Part shown: positions 21,708-35,120 of the stretch, piece after piece
Layout of the letters: each line of letters starts with the position of its first letter
Position numbering within the stretch: the stretch's first letter is position 1
Source of the DNA: Dimorphilus gyrociliatus
Taxonomy: Eukaryota; Animalia; Annelida
Length of the DNA: 64,000 bases
Direction of reading: 5' to 3'
Assembly: GCA_904063045.1 (NCBI GenBank)
Contig: CAJFCJ010000031.1
Location: 155,105 to 219,104 of the forward strand
Position numbers and translations under genes: made by a program
The notes under the pieces: model-generated
Database searches by the model: none
Seen by the model: only the letters and a program-made list of their open reading frames with translations
Told to the model about the DNA's origin: nothing

Positions 21708-23664
21708 TTATTTCGTTGTGGCATCGAACAATGAGCAGAATTTTTTTAAGCCGGTATCTGTTCAAGTGCTTTGGTCAGCTCTACAGAGCCTCTACGTATG
21801 TCAGGAAATGGCGAATAATCCGAAACACCTAAATAAATTGAATAGGTCGACTCGTCGAAGTAACGATTGGACCGCCGATTATAAAGTAAATTCTGTATAC
21901 GCCAATATTTCTGAATGGAATAAGAGTTGTGAGGATATTGAAATTAAATTTACATCGCCAATATACGATCTCCATAAATCGCCAACGGAACTCGAGATGC
22001 AGCGAAAGATTGAAGGGGCTCTTAGAGAAATTATGGCGATTGTCGATTTAGAAGAGGTTACAACCGTTATGATTCGTGAGAAATTAGAAAAGAAATTATC
22101 AATGAATTTACATTCTAGAAAGTCTTGGATTGATGAAAAAATTTTAGTTGTTTTAGAGCAGTTTAACTCTCCATCAACTATCCGTGATTATTTACTATTA
22201 GGTTCGGAAGGTAACGCTTCAGATCTTAAAGAGTTGAAAAGGCAAAATGTTACACATATCCTTAATATAACGCGGGAGGTGGACAATTTTTATCCAAACC
22301 GTGAATTTGTATATATGAATATTCGTGTCGACGACGACGAAAATGCTTGGCTGCTCAACGAGTGGGATTCCACCAATGCTTTTATAAGTCAGGCTAAGGA
22401 ACTTAATTCTAAAGTATTGGTACATTGTAAAATGGGAGTTTCCAGATCTGCAGCGACAGTTATTGCTCATCTTATGAAGTGCGAAGGTATGCGCCTAGAT
22501 CAAGCCTTGAAAGACGTTAAAACTCGTCGACCAGTTATTAGACCAAATAGAAATTTTATGCGACAATTGAGTGAGTACGAGAATATATTGGAAGCAAGTG
22601 GTCAAAGAAGACGATTTAAAGTCGAAACTACATTCCAACTCTCCCCAATAGCCAATCGTTGTACTTTTAGTGATTGTAATACCAGATCTACACCTGATTT
22701 AAGTATAAAGTGCAATGATAAATGTCCAAGGAGAGGAAGTTGCACTCCTCCAACTACTCCAAATTCTAAAAGAAAAATTGTTACCGACTCCGTTTATTTT
22801 CCATTGAATAATTCTGATCAAAGGGACAATTTTGTCCGTTATAATTCGCGTGATAGAAATACACAATCTGGCGTTCATAGATCTCAAAGTATGAGAGAGA
22901 GAGGTGCCTATAGTAAAGTTGAACTTGAACGTTGGAGTGGTCAAGAGTATGAGGATTACGAACACTTGACTCCAGGTGTTATACAACGTCGTCTCAGAGC
23001 TCTAACGGAACCCGAAAGAAGATCTATCGAATCAGACACTCCTCCTGATAACAATGTAGTACGTCAAGGTTTCGTTCAACAACAAGCGCAAACGATCGAA
23101 CGCAGTACTCCACCCGAAACGCCAAAGCCAGTAAGAGCATCGGAACACAGAAGAGAGCAGCAAGAGATCGAATCCGACGAAGAGCAAGATCAAGACCAAA
23201 AACATACTACGAACGGTATGAGCCAGAAAAATAATGTTGTTCCTAATCACAACGACGGTGAATGGCGAAAGAAAGTAGGTCAGGATAGAAACAGAGTCGA
23301 GGTTCGAGTTCAGATCAACCCTCATACTTTTATAGAGGCTAAACCTGCGTCTGAAGCTCACTGTAAAGTTTACGTACGAGGTCAGGCTCAGTCTTTGAAA
23401 CAAAATCGCAATAGGACCAGAGCTCAGGCACGAGAGAAAATTCGTAACAGAGGTCGACAACAGGCTTCAGACAATTATTCGTCAGCCGAATCCTCGATAG
23501 AGGAGTATGCCGATGCCGGCCCAAAACGATTTAATAGCTATAAGGACTGCGAGGACGACTCTGATATGGATTATACAAGTCCATTCCAATGGATGAAAGC
23601 GGAACAATTGGCCAGAATGAGGCGTGCTATTGCCAAAAATACTAGGAAAAAGACGGAATCGTAA
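21708..23664 (+). CDS. ssh: slingshot exon 5: DEK-C domain, dual-specificity phosphatase domain and a long low-complexity C-terminal tail; stop at 23662-23664
   Basis: FKPVSVQVLWSALQSLY. EMQRKIEGALREIMAIVDLEEVTTVMIREKLEKKL (DEK-C). GSEGNASDLKELKRQNVTHILNITREVDNFYP...VLVHCKMGVSRSAATVIAHLM...RPNRNFMRQLSEYE (DUSP with the HCxxGxxRS catalytic loop). Confidence 0.9.
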
Positions 23665-24259
23665 ATCTGATTGAGAGAAAAACAATAATAATGATAATGA
23701 TGAAGACGACGAACGACGATAAAAAGAGATTTATTGAACGTTTTTTTTGTCTTTTTTTTATCGATTCGTATTCTCTGTGTTTGTTGAAAAGAAGAGGAAA
23801 AGACTAACTTTTTTCTACGTAAGCAGCTTAATCTATGTTTTAAAGAAAAGGAACATACATTACATTTTTGTTATAGGTATATTGCTGCTGTTTATTTAAG
23901 TTTACATGATTAACAATTAAAATTCATTTGAGAGAATAAAGCAAGCTGATAACTAACAAATCTTGTTTATAATCTATATTTTCCTTTTAAGTGGAAGTTG
24001 TTTATTTTCATACAAAAATGGTTTATTAGTAAAAGTTGTATAAGATAATATGGAAATAAATGAATATATGTAAATATATATTTGATTATATACTTTTCTT
24101 TTCTTTTTTTTGTGTGCATATGACAAAATATTGTAAAGTAAGCAGCAAAAATCCGCCATTCCCCGCCTTTCTCTCCCCCCTCCCCCCTTGTAGCTGGTTG
24201 AGTAACGTTTAAACGAAAGATTCGTAGTAGTATCTCACAGTTTTCTGTGATTGGTTGGA

Positions 24260-24361
24260 ATGGCGTCCTCTACGGATGGTAATAGTCAGTTTTCTCCTGA
24301 CATGTCCGAATTATCTGAGGAAGAAAGGCTGAAAGTCTTAGATGTACTCAAACGAGCCCAA
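24260..24361 (+). CDS. Oxysterol-binding-protein-related protein (ORP9/10/11 type), first coding exon
   Basis: MASSTDGNSQFSPDMSELSEEERLKVLDVLKRAQ. Donor CAA|GTTTGT. Same strand and proximity as the PH and ORD exons. Confidence 0.5.
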
Positions 24362-24555
24362 GTTTGTCTTAATTCTAAATCCTTTATCAGCTATTTGCGT
24401 AATTTAAACAAAATCATTCCAATTTTCAACCGAAACTTTAATTCCAACTCAACTTTTTTAGGTCTTTCTTCATCAGGAAGAAAAGCATTCACTAAGGTAT
24501 TAAAACTAAATTTTTGTGACATATTTTCAATTTAAAATCAAATATATCGATATAG

Positions 24556-24661
24556 ACAACCACTTCAAGGACAGTTGTCTAAATATACAAATATGATGAA
24601 AGGTTGGCAATATCGATATTTCGTTTTGGAACCTACTCCTGGGCGTTTATCTTACTTCGAG
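24556..24661 (+). CDS. ORP exon: start of the PH domain
   Basis: [35 protein letters not shown] matches the OSBP/ORP PH motif (MKGWQ.RWFVL...G.L.YY). Donor GAG|GTATAG. Confidence 0.65.
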
Positions 24662-26593
24662 GTATAGTTTAAGATAACTAACGAAACCATTTACTTAATT
24701 GCAATATTAATGTTAACATTTAGAAAGAAGAGCATAAAACTACTCAAAGACCACGCGGATCAATTAACTTAACAGTAATTTAAATAGAATTGCAAGAATT
24801 TATATGAGAACTAATTTCCTTTGTAAAATACATTTAGAACGCCGTTGTATATCCATCGGAGGAAGATTATCAAACTTTTCATGTGAATGCATCTAATGGA
24901 GTATCGTTTCAACTGAAAGGTTGGCGATGATAGATTATTAATCACAGATCTCGAATATAAATATTCAATTTTTCAGCCATTGATACAAAAGAACGACAAT
25001 GCTGGATCGATAGACTTCGAGCTACTGTTGAATATCATAATGAGATCTATCGAAAGAATAACGTAAGTAATAAAAAGAAACATTTTTTATTTAATCTAGT
25101 AAAAAATAATTAAAAAAAAAAGCTAACCACCGAGAATGCATTGTGGAATGAAGCGGCAAAAGCCGAACAAAAGTCCAATTCTACGCCTTGTCTACTTAGT
25201 CTATCAGACGAAATAAAAAATTCCTCCGATTCCGAGTCGACAAACACGTTAACGAGGTGAGGGGAAAAAATTATATATATAAAGTATATATATATAGATA
25301 TATTAATAGTAAGTTATATAAAGAAGAATAAAAGCACTCTTATGCATTTATATTGCATGGTATTTGTAAAAGATATTCCTAGCTTTCTTTCGTGTATCTG
25401 TGTTTATTGATAATTTGTAATTTTAGACACAAAAACAAAACAAACAAAATTATTAATATATTGTATGAGAAAACGTTAAAATTTTCCATACTTTTTGTTT
25501 GTCAATAATTTTTTCTTTTATTTTGTTTTTTTTTTAGTTAAATGTTGTTCCGTTTTTTTTTTCAATCACTAAATAATTAAAGGAAAAAGACACTTCGAAG
25601 CGAAATCGAAACAGAAGATTCTGATACTATAGCAACACCCCCAGTGTAAGTTTATCACCTCGTATAATTTAGATTAATAGAATAATTGCTAAAACTTTAA
25701 ATAGATTTACATATTCTTTTCTCTCCTTCTTCTTCTTCTTCTTCTTCTCCTTTCTCGTTAATTAATTTTTTGAATTTTTGTTTACTATTTCCAAATTATT
25801 TCTATTATAGTTTTACCAATTAAAATTTGCATAAGCTTATTCATTTTTTTCTTTTGTTTTCTTTCAATATAGAGAACCGGCAAATATTAATGATTGTACG
25901 ACTTCTATTTCAACTTTAAACATGGTGGAAAGTTTTAAATCGGCTAAGGATATGCTCAATAATGTTAATCTGTTGAATAAGGCCTTAATTAAGGCGACTG
26001 ACGTAAATAGAATTTATAATTTCTATTATTTTATCAATTTTTTTTTACGCTTTTACGTGTTTGTTGCAGTTTTCACCTTCAATCTATGGATTATCTATGT
26101 TTGATAAGGTAATAATACTCAAATATATCTATTACTTATCTTTATTACTAATATTCACAATATCCTATTGTTGACTGCAGGATCTACTTAATTTGAAAGC
26201 TATAAGTTCAGCTAACGTTAAATGTTTAGAGGACTGTTTTATGTCCCTTGTTGATTATAAGGTATATATATTTATATATATACTAATATATTTACTTAAG
26301 CATAGTTTTCTTTGTTTTATGTTTTACTATATATAATACAGGATGAATTGCTAAGAAATGCGGGGCAGCCTTCAAGACAAACGAAATGGTACTATCCACT
26401 TAATTCCAATCAGGAGTAAGTTGAAAAGATAATAATAATAACAATAATAATAATTTTAAAAAATTAAAAATAGGGGAGATGATCAAAGTACAGATAGTTT
26501 ACTATTAATGGAACCAGCCGATTTTCGTACGTTTCTCCCTCATCTCTCTCTCAACATATAAATATTTTATATCATCTAATATATTTTATATAG

Positions 26594-26795
26594 AGGAAAT
26601 TGAAGACGATAGCGAAGAGGATGAGAATATTGAAAGGGGATCGGAGAGCTCTTGTCCCGTTCCTGTTGATATTCTATCTAAGCTAAAGCTTGGTGCAGAT
26701 CTTACTAAAGTAACCCTACCAGCTTATATACTTGACAAAAAATCCCTTCTAGAGATGTTTGCCGATTGTAATTCTAATCCTCAACTGTTTTTAGG
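26594..26795 (+). CDS. ORP exon
   Basis: EEIEDDSEEDENIERGSESSCPVPVDILSKLKLGADLTKVTLPAYILDKKSLLEMFADCNSNPQLFLG. Donor GG|GTAATA. Confidence 0.55.
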
Positions 26796-26900
26796 GTAAT
26801 ATTTTTACGTTATTGTAACATATACTAAGAAATATATATATAAATACATTATCTATTTTAACTAGACGTTTATTTATATAACCATAATTGTAATTTATAG

Positions 26901-27211
26901 TATCGCTGATGAGAAAACAGCTAGAGATCGTATGGAAGCTGTAGTTAAATGGTATTTAACAACTTTCAAGGGTGCTATTAAAAATGGAAAAATAAACAAA
27001 CCTTATAATCCGATTATTGGTGAAAATTTTCATTGTCAATGGTCGGTTGACAATACAACTTTATCGTTTACCGCCGAACAAGTGTCTCATCACCCACCAA
27101 TTAGCGCCTTTTTTATGGAAAGTAAACAAAAGCGTATTTCGTTGAATTCATCTGTTTGGACAAAAATATCGTTTCACGGAATGAGTGTAGGAATATCATT
27201 AGTTGGAAATA
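26901..27211 (+). CDS. ORP exon: lipid-binding (ORD) domain with the EQVSHHPP signature
   Basis: IADEKTARDRMEAVVKWYLTTFKGAIKNGKINKPYNPIIGENFHCQWSVDNTTLSFTAEQVSHHPPISAFFMESKQKRISLNSSVWTKISFHGMSVGISLVGN. Donor A|GTAAGA. Confidence 0.88.
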
Positions 27212-27291
27212 GTAAGATGATAATTCTTTTTATAAAATCTATATCTTAGATGGGAATACACAGAATTTTGCTTTTGTTTATTCTTTTACAG

Positions 27292-27740
27292 TTAAGATAA
27301 GATTGGATGAATTTGATGAAGAATATTTGTTGACATATCCTAGCATTTATGTTAAATCGCTACTTACAAATCCACTGATTGAACTGGGTGACAAAGTATC
27401 AATTAAATGTCCTAAATCAGGATATAATGCGACACTGGAATTTTCCACTCGAAATCAGGCAGAGGAAAGAGTCCATTTTGTTAATGGAGAAATACGTGAG
27501 CCGGAAAATTCGAATGTTATTATGAAAATCAATGGAGAATGGAAAAATAGTATAAAATTTGTAAAATTAGACGGTGACAATAAAGAATATATATTGGATC
27601 TCAAAGAAATTTCCACCTTTAAAAAGCGTGTTCGACCAATAGAGAGCCAAAATGACAAAGAATCGAGAAAAGTGTGGAGAGATATCACTCAGAGTTTAAG
27701 AAAGAATGATTTTGTTCAGGCGAATAAGCTAAAGACAAAG
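27292..27740 (+). CDS. ORP exon (ORD domain continued)
   Basis: (I)KIRLDEFDEEYLLTYPSIYVKSLLTNPLIELGDKVSIKCPKSGYNATLEFSTRNQ...ESRKVWRDITQSLRKNDFVQANKLKTK aligns with ORP9 [47 protein letters not shown]...SRSLWKDVTFNLKIRD. Confidence 0.85.
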
Positions 27741-27820
27741 GTTAGCTTAGAGAATAATTTAAACGATACCATCTTGTTCCATTTATAACTGAGATTGATA
27801 TTTTTTTTTACTTATTTTAG

Positions 27821-27871
27821 TTGGAAAATTCACAGAGAGCCAAAGATACTTCAAAATCATTTACGCCTAAA
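27821..27871 (+). CDS. ORP exon
   Basis: LENSQRAKDTSKSFTPK. Acceptor cttattttag, donor AAA|GTGAGT. Confidence 0.55.
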
Positions 27872-27947
27872 GTGAGTTTTAATTCTCTCTCTCTCTCTCT
27901 GTCAGTTGATCAATTGTTAATCTCTTTTGTATTATTCTTTCTAACAG

Positions 27948-27995
27948 TACTTTCAACATATTAAGGAAAAAGAATGGTTTTTCAAAAATTCTTGA
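27948..27995 (+). CDS. ORP terminal exon; stop at 27993-27995
   Basis: YFQHIKEKEWFFKNS*. Acceptor ttctaacag. Confidence 0.55.
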   Translation, partial: YFQHIKEKEWFFKNS

Positions 27996-30245
27996 GATGC
28001 TACAATATATTAATAAACACATATATACAGACAAACGCAATACAAACACACACATACACACATACTCACACATGCAAGCACTCTCCATATACACCAGAAG
28101 AAGATATTGAAATGCTATTTTCTGCTCAACTGAATTGATCTGCAGACATTCAAATGGTTATGTTCATCTTTTTTTTTTTAAATTGGAGGATTAATAGAAC
28201 TTAGGATTATCAAGATAGTTTATACAATTTACTTATGTTTACGTGTTTAATATAATATAATATACAATATATTGACAAACTTTTTTTTATGCATTTGTTT
28301 ACTTATAAAAAATTTTGTACGTTATCAAGTTCATAATAAAATAGGCCATATTAATATTATAATATCTATAATAAATACTAAATTTTTAAAGAGAAGAATG
28401 GTTTTATTGTGTTATCTAATATGAAACCTATTGGTATAGATGACGCGGATTTCCCTTTCTCTTTTTTGCTCTCTTGATACTATACACTATCTCTTTTCGT
28501 CTGGAGAATTGTCTTAATCTGTTTCTTATCAGTTAAGGATATTTAAACGCGATAATTTATTGATATATCTAACACTTTTTTATGACCAATCTACCCAACC
28601 AATTGGATTATTATTACATCTATAAAGAATATGCGTCATTCGTAGGTACAGCTTTTAAATTTTGAGCGCTGAAACATTATTATATTCGTAATATTTATAA
28701 AAACAATAATAAATAAACATTTCCAATCTTTAGGATATTTTTCACGTGTATAGGTATAGAAATGTCAAAAATTTAACGATAGATTATCATTAGATACGAA
28801 AATGCGCTTCGACACTTTTTATACAATAGCAGACAAGTTTTTTTCATAGATTCTGGAGTAGGTGTTGTTTTCGATTAAATATTCCAGGCATTAACTTACA
28901 TTTCAAAATTATTCATCAATTGTCGGTAAGTTATATTTTTAATTTATAAAATGAAATGTTGATTAATTTCCACGAATGGATTAATTTTACATACGATGCA
29001 TAAGAAAATTTACCTATATTCTTCTACCTCTTAGTTAGGCTATATTTTGTTGTTGTTTTTTTCAATTTATTTCCTCAAATTACTTGAGAAATTTGCAGAA
29101 TTTAACTAGTATAAAACTTAAAATACTAAAAAAACTACATTTTATTTATGATAACCAACAAGTGAATAATATTGGAGGTCTAATGAAGGTGTTTACATAC
29201 CATAATTACATCAATGATCTAAAATATTATTAACAATCAGCATTCTTTCATCAAGTAGATTTACGGTTAGACCAATAATAAATTAACTACGAGCGATTAT
29301 AATCGTAGAATGATTGACAGTGATTATTTACCTTACAACTATGGCCGAGTATTCTTTGTTTTGAGTTGAAAATATCAAAGTCCTTATCGTATTACTGGAT
29401 AAAGAATGGTGTTATTGTTACATTTTCCTTAATTTGATTCCATTACGTTCTAACATTTACATAACTTGAGCATAAAACGATAAAAATATATAAAATGCAA
29501 TTCACCTGATTAAACAATTATAGCAATTAAAAAAAAACGCAATATCCATAAAGGATTGTTGTATTTTTGTTAAAATTTCGTAACTTATTTAATTCATAAA
29601 TTCAATTTTTTCAGGTACTTTATTTATTTATGAGAGGGGAATAAAAATCAATAGGAATCTATGTTTTCGTGTAAAAATAGTTGTATGACGGTTTATATTT
29701 GAATATCATTGTGCAGCGAAAAAAAAAAATAATATAGATTAACACCTTATACTCTCCTCTTTCTCTCTTCTAATAATCAGACAACTCTCCGGTGCCTTTT
29801 TTAGAATTTATTTAACGAGCTTTTTAGATTGGAATCCTAAGGCGATTAGTCATAGGAAAGAACTTTCATCATTGTCCTTTTTAGTACCATATAGGGCTAA
29901 GTTGGTAATCGCTACCACTTCAGCTTAGAGCCTCTCTCCCCGTAAATGCAACAAATATATTGAACAATATAGTAAGAGTATATCCTTGAACTTATAAAAT
30001 ACTTCCTTTACGACAATTTCTGTTCATAATAAATAAATATATGTCTATATATAAATTGCATTTATTATATACTATATTATGTTATAAGAAATATATTGAT
30101 TTTCAGTTAAAAAGCAGCTACTAGCGAATCTATGAACATAGTGAAATCCGAAAATCGAATAAATCATGGGTAAATATAGAAAAAATAATAAATTACGAAT
30201 ATATGCTCTCAGTTAATATTTCATATATTTATTTGTATTAATTCT

Positions 30246-33200
30246 TTCTTTCCAGATGAAAAGAAAGGAAAGGTATGATAAATTTTTTTTTTCGACTTTT
30301 CTCCGTTGCTCTCTCACTCTCTCTTTCTTTCTTTCTCTCTCTCTACTTATAATATACCAACTATAAATATTTTACTGTCGTTTTATTCATATATATATAT
30401 ACATATTAATATATAACAAAAACAAACAAACGAAATTATATCATAATATATTGAAGAAGAAATTATTACTAAATTTCTTTAGTTTTTGTTCCGTTCGGCA
30501 TCCGGAAACGAAGATGCTATAAATGTCATTAGAAGTTCGAGTTGTAGCTTCAACACAATCAGCGATGAAGATAAGGTTCTTTAAATATAATTATATTTCC
30601 TTTTCTACATAATTTCGAAATGAACACACTTATACTATATATACTTTATATATAGTATATAAAATGCTTTGCTTCATCCGTAAGGCTTTTGAGAACTTGT
30701 TAATTTTTCGTTCGGCTAATTATTTATTCAATTTTGTTTTCATATTTTTCAATTAAATATGATTAATTTTCAATTTTATTGATATTTTTTTTATGGGGCT
30801 TGTTTTTTATATTTTTTTTTTAAAAAAAATCAATTTTTAATATTTTATAGGAAACTATTCGCCAATTAGAAGCGAGACATATTCCCAAGAGGAGTTCGGA
30901 TGAAGAGGATGAAGAAAACGTCATTAAAAAACTTGCTAAGCAGGTAACCTTGAAACAGTGTAATGAAGTCTTTATTAACTGATTTTGTCTGATTATGAGT
31001 GTTATCTTTTTTTCCTTCTTCTCCGTAATTGCTTTTTATCAAAATTGTCTTTGTTTACAATTTTGATATATTTTTAAATATTTAACAGAATATAGGTGAT
31101 ATTTCTCCTCCTGCTTTACCATCTCAACCTCCTCCGATACCGCCCTCATCTCCTCCACCATTGGACGATAATCGTCCACCTTCCCTGTCTAAGGGATTTT
31201 CACCGATGAATATCCCATCTGTTGATGAGGAAGAGGAACCGTCACCATATCGTAGTGGACCACCACCATTGGCCGATGAAGAAGTATTCTCAGAGGAGGA
31301 GGAACACAAGTTTGAAATAAAAGAATATCAGAAAAGTGAACAGAAATTTATTCCGGAAGATGTTGAAACTATGTCAAGAGTTATACACGATTTAGAGGAA
31401 AAAGATGTTGAAAAAGAGGAAATAATTGATGCATCGACGGTTGCCACAATTGATGATTCTGAAACACCTTCCATACGCGTTCAAGGATTGTCAGATAACC
31501 AGAATGCTCAAGATGACGACAGACAGCACGATTTTGATGATGAAGATATAGTGGAAGATAATGACAGTTCGGCAGTTAAAACCGATGATGACGAAAGTGA
31601 CGCTAATGCAGAGGATAACAAGGTTTAACCCAATTATCCCTTGATTAAGCTTTATCCTGTTTTTTTTAGCTTGAATAATTAGATGACCTCGTTATATTTT
31701 CTTTTTATAATTAGCATCTTTATACACCAATATTTTTTATTTATTCTCTCTTCTCTTTCTTCCTCATTAAAGTTAAGAGATACGGTTGTAAATGGTAAAC
31801 AAGGAGACAAAGTTCATGAAAATGGGCTAAAACTAGAGAAAGAACAGGAAAGAAAACAAGAAATTAACGAAGATATAGAAAAAGAAGAACTAACAAAAGA
31901 AAGAGAAGATTGCAAACTAAACAAAGAAGAAGAGAGCGAACAATTAGCAATTGATGAAACACAACAAAACGAAATGTCCAATCTATTGGATAAACCGGAT
32001 TGTAAAGGAGAAAATGTTGTTCCCATGGAAACCAGTTTAAGTGAAGATAAGTGTTCAGAGTTATCAAATGTAAGGAATTTGCAACGATCATATAACAATC
32101 AATCGTTAATACCGAAATAAATTCTTTTCTCACTCACTTTTCTCTTTATCAGAGCGACGTCAGCCAAGAAAAGAATGATCACGAACTAACCAGTAGTCGT
32201 GATGATGATTCTCACAACGGTAGCCTTGAAACTTCGTCTTGCCTCAATTCTACTGTGGAGGTTTGTTATCCTTTCTTTATCTATCTATCTATCTATATAT
32301 CTATCTATTTATATATAGTATATCTTTATTTCTGTCTTTTTTTAAAACTGCCAAAACTCTCTTTATCTTTATACAAATCGAAGCAGCAATGATGTTCCGG
32401 TAGGGCGGTGTGCCTTATCTTTTCTATAGAACTAGAATCATTACTAATAATACTAGGTGTGAATGATATAATGCAGTAAGAATTTCATTTATTCCTACTA
32501 AAAATAAATTAAAAAAATACGCTTTTCCTTCCTTTTTTTGCTGTGAATTTGAAGTATCATTCTCCTCTTGTATAATAATTCTTTCCTTTTTCAGTCTTCC
32601 AAGCAAGGAGACTCTTCCATTGATGATATAAAAGTCAGTATTTTGTTTCTTCTCTTAGCAAGATATTAAAGCTTTTTTTTCTTTTGCTTAAGATTACTTC
32701 CCCATTATTGAATTTAACGGCTGAAAAGGCCAGAGCTTCATTGAGGTTACCTGGAAGGAAAAAACCTACCCGTGCCTCTGTTGCAACGGGTACCGTTTTT
32801 AGCACTGTTGATATAAATTTAAATGATAAGCTTCCCAAAACCGAAAACGATATCAAAGCTAATGGCCATGATAGTGAACCCGTTAAGAAACAGAAGCCTA
32901 AACTGCCACCAGGAGCCGTTCCAATACCGTACATACCCCCAAAACCCAAAGATGATACCCCGCCGAAGTTGAAAGCAACGAAATTTGGAGTACCAATCAT
33001 GCCCATGTCTATGTCGGCTACTATTGCATCAGCTGTAAAAGAGAAGGTAACAAAAGCCGAAGCAGTCGAGGAGCAGGAGACAAGTAAGAACAATGAAGAT
33101 AAACAAACCTTCATAAAAACAGACGACATCGAAAAAATAATCAAGAAAAATAACACAAACGACAATCATTCTGGATCCCCATTACCTTCTTCAGTAAGCT

Positions 33201-34009
33201 TATAACAAGTTTTTTGAGAGCCCTTAATAGTTGACTCTATCAAATTTTTTTTAGAAACCAGTCCCAGCACCTCGTCGACCGAAGCCCGTTTTAAGGAATG
33301 TTTCTCAAGAGGAGGCAAATTCTAGCGTTCCAGCTTGGCAATCTTCTTTGAGGCCGCGTCCTGTTGTTGCACCTAAACCTGTGTCTAGAAAAGATGAACA
33401 ACCAGCTTGGATGCAAAAGGCTAAAGAGGTGGCTGATCGAAAATCTGCGATTATTACGGACACAACTGATACAAGTGCCAATGGAAGTAACCAACCCGTT
33501 TTCAAATCGGAAGTAAAGGAAAATACAACAGAGAAACCCCAATGGTTAAAGGAATTAGCTAAAAGGCGCGTCAGTAAGCCACAAATTATGGAAAAATCAA
33601 AGACTGAAGGTAATCTAGACTTGAATAGATTTGCATCTTATAAATTGATAATTTAAAAAATTTTCTCTTATGTAGACCAAGAGGACGAACTGCAAAAAGA
33701 ATTTAAAATGAGAAGACAGAGGGTTAAGGAGAAAAGTAAGTATATGGGAGTCTAGTAACCATTTAAAATTAATTATCCGAGTTCAGAATATACAACCAAA
33801 GCGTTTTCTTTTTATCTAAAAATATTTTAGTGAATATTAATGTAAAACTTACGTTCAGTTAGAAAATATAGTGCCACTAAAAGGCCATCAATAGATGAAG
33901 GTTTATTGGAAGGTGAACATTTGGATGATCGAGACGAGGAGATTCAAAATATAAATGAGGTTAACTATCCTCATCTTACGGCTGTTTCTTGCTTAAAATC
34001 AATTAACTA
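30246..34009 (+). CDS. Gene for a proline- and acid-rich intrinsically disordered protein of unknown function; gene span, ~9 exons
   Basis: Frame-consistent exons with canonical splice sites: 30849-30952 ETIRQLEARHIPKRSSDEEDEENVIKKLAKQ. 31089-31622, 31773-32069, 32693-33193 and 33255-33609 are listed separately. 32152-32262, 33676-33736 (DQEDELQKEFKMRRQRVKEK). ~33862-34009 (KYSATKRPSIDEGLLEGEHLDDRDEEIQNINE...). No recognisable globular domain. Confidence 0.45.
31089..31622 (+). CDS. Disordered-protein gene exon (178 codons): PxxP-rich, then acidic
   Basis: NIGDISPPALPSQPPPIPPSSPPPLDDNRPPSLSKGFSPMNIPSVDEEEEPSPYRSGPPPLADEEVFSEEEEHKFEIKEYQKSEQKFIPEDVETMSRVIHDLEEKDVEKEEIID...DDDESDANAEDNK. Acceptor aacag, donor AAG|GTTTAA. 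Confidence 0.5.
31773..32069 (+). CDS. Disordered-protein gene exon (99 codons)
   Basis: LRDTVVNGKQGDKVHENGLKLEKEQERKQEINEDIEKEELTKEREDCKLNKEEESEQLAIDETQQNEMSNLLDKPDCKGENVVPMETSLSEDKCSELSN. Donor AAT|GTAAGG. Confidence 0.45.
32277..32310. repeat. (TCTA)n tetranucleotide microsatellite
   Basis: atctatctatctatctatatatctatctattt, in an intron of the disordered-protein gene. Confidence 0.9.
32693..33193 (+). CDS. Disordered-protein gene exon (167 codons)
   Basis: ITSPLLNLTAEKARASLRLPGRKKPTRASVATGTVFSTVDINLNDKLPKTENDIKANGHDSEPVKKQKPKLPPGAVPIPYIPPKPKDDTPPKLKATKFGVPIMPMSMSATIASAVKEK...SGSPLPSS. Donor TCA|GTAAGC. Confidence 0.5.
33255..33609 (+). CDS. Disordered-protein gene exon
   Basis: KPVPAPRRPKPVLRNVSQEEANSSVPAWQSSLRPRPVVAPKPVSRKDEQPAWMQKAKEVADRKSAIITDTTDTSANGSNQPVFKSEVKENTTEKPQWLKELAKRRVSKPQIMEKSKTE. 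Donor G|GTAATC. Confidence 0.5.
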
Positions 34010-34719
34010 ATAATGATGCTTTTAAGCTTAACCGCTAATTTTTTTTAGAACATTAACCATTTCCAATGCTAGAAAAAGCTATACTATTCAATTAATTAAA
34101 ATTGCCTTTTACAGTAGCAGCAAGGAGACAAAGCATGCAATGAAAAGATGGACGAAGAAAAATGTGATTTTATAAAATAACATTTTGCTAACTTGTTCAT
34201 AAACTGCTGTTATTGTGCAAAAAAAAGAAAAAATTGTGCTTTACCTGTTTTCGTAAAGATTTATTGTTCAACGTCAATTACTAGCATGTAATAGATATAC
34301 AATGAACAAAATAAGACATGCAAATCACTTTTTTTCGAACAGTACACTCAAGTTTAAAATTTGACTGATAAATAATGTTTATAGCATGGATCTTACAAGG
34401 CAAAATAAAATTGAACTTGAAAAAACAATTCAGTGTCAACAGCTCCGGCTAAAAATAAAATAAAATAACGTTGACCTGACGAAAAGTAATGGCACATCTT
34501 TTAGACGTTGCTTATAACTTTCGATTGTCATTCTTAAACGCGACCGTTCATAATGGATAAAGTTTAGTTGATAACATCATTATCATATAATATCTAGTAA
34601 GTGGAAAAACATGCGCATTATGCGCAACCCTCACCATTTAAAACAAAATTAAGAACGCACGGTAAATGATCATTCGATGAAACAGAAGGTCATAAACAAA
34701 AGTGCTAAGGTTAATACAC

Positions 34720-35120
34720 TCAATGAAAAACAGCTGGTGAGTTAGAAAGAATAACGTTGCTAGGATAATTTCGGGAATTTCTCATCAACGGTTTGTGAGA
34801 TCTAAAAGCATCTAAAGCATGCTGCCATTGCCAGCAGTTGCGACAAAAGTATCTAAAACAAGACAAATCACGGCAAAAGTATGGACCGGATTGTATGGTA
34901 CAAATTGTACAGAGAGAGTCCTCTAAGTATGGATCAATTTGAACCTTTTTGGTAAATTTCGTCGTCTTAATTTCAACAAATGCAGCAGTAACTGCCTTCA
35001 AATACGACTTCATAGTTCCGAAAGTAACTCTTCCCGATCCAATTGGATATTTATGTTTGTCAGTGTCTATTCCCGTGTAAACAACGTTACCAAATAGGTC
35101 GTTCATTACATGGGCTAGAC
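34720..35120 (-). CDS. orb2: CPEB (Orb2/CPEB2-4 type) terminal exon: end of RRM2 plus the ZZ-type zinc finger; stop at 34720-34722
   Basis: [116 protein letters not shown]... matches the CPEB C-terminal Cys/His finger. Confidence 0.88.

Noticed and set aside
22219-23685. Several minus-strand ORFs of 61-142 aa inside the slingshot terminal exon
   Set aside because: They are antisense to a long, well-supported coding exon and have no domain signatures.
29806-29940. Inverted repeat GCGATTA ... TAATCGC separated by ~65 nt
   Set aside because: A 7-bp inverted repeat at this spacing is expected by chance in an AT-rich intergenic region. There is no further structure.
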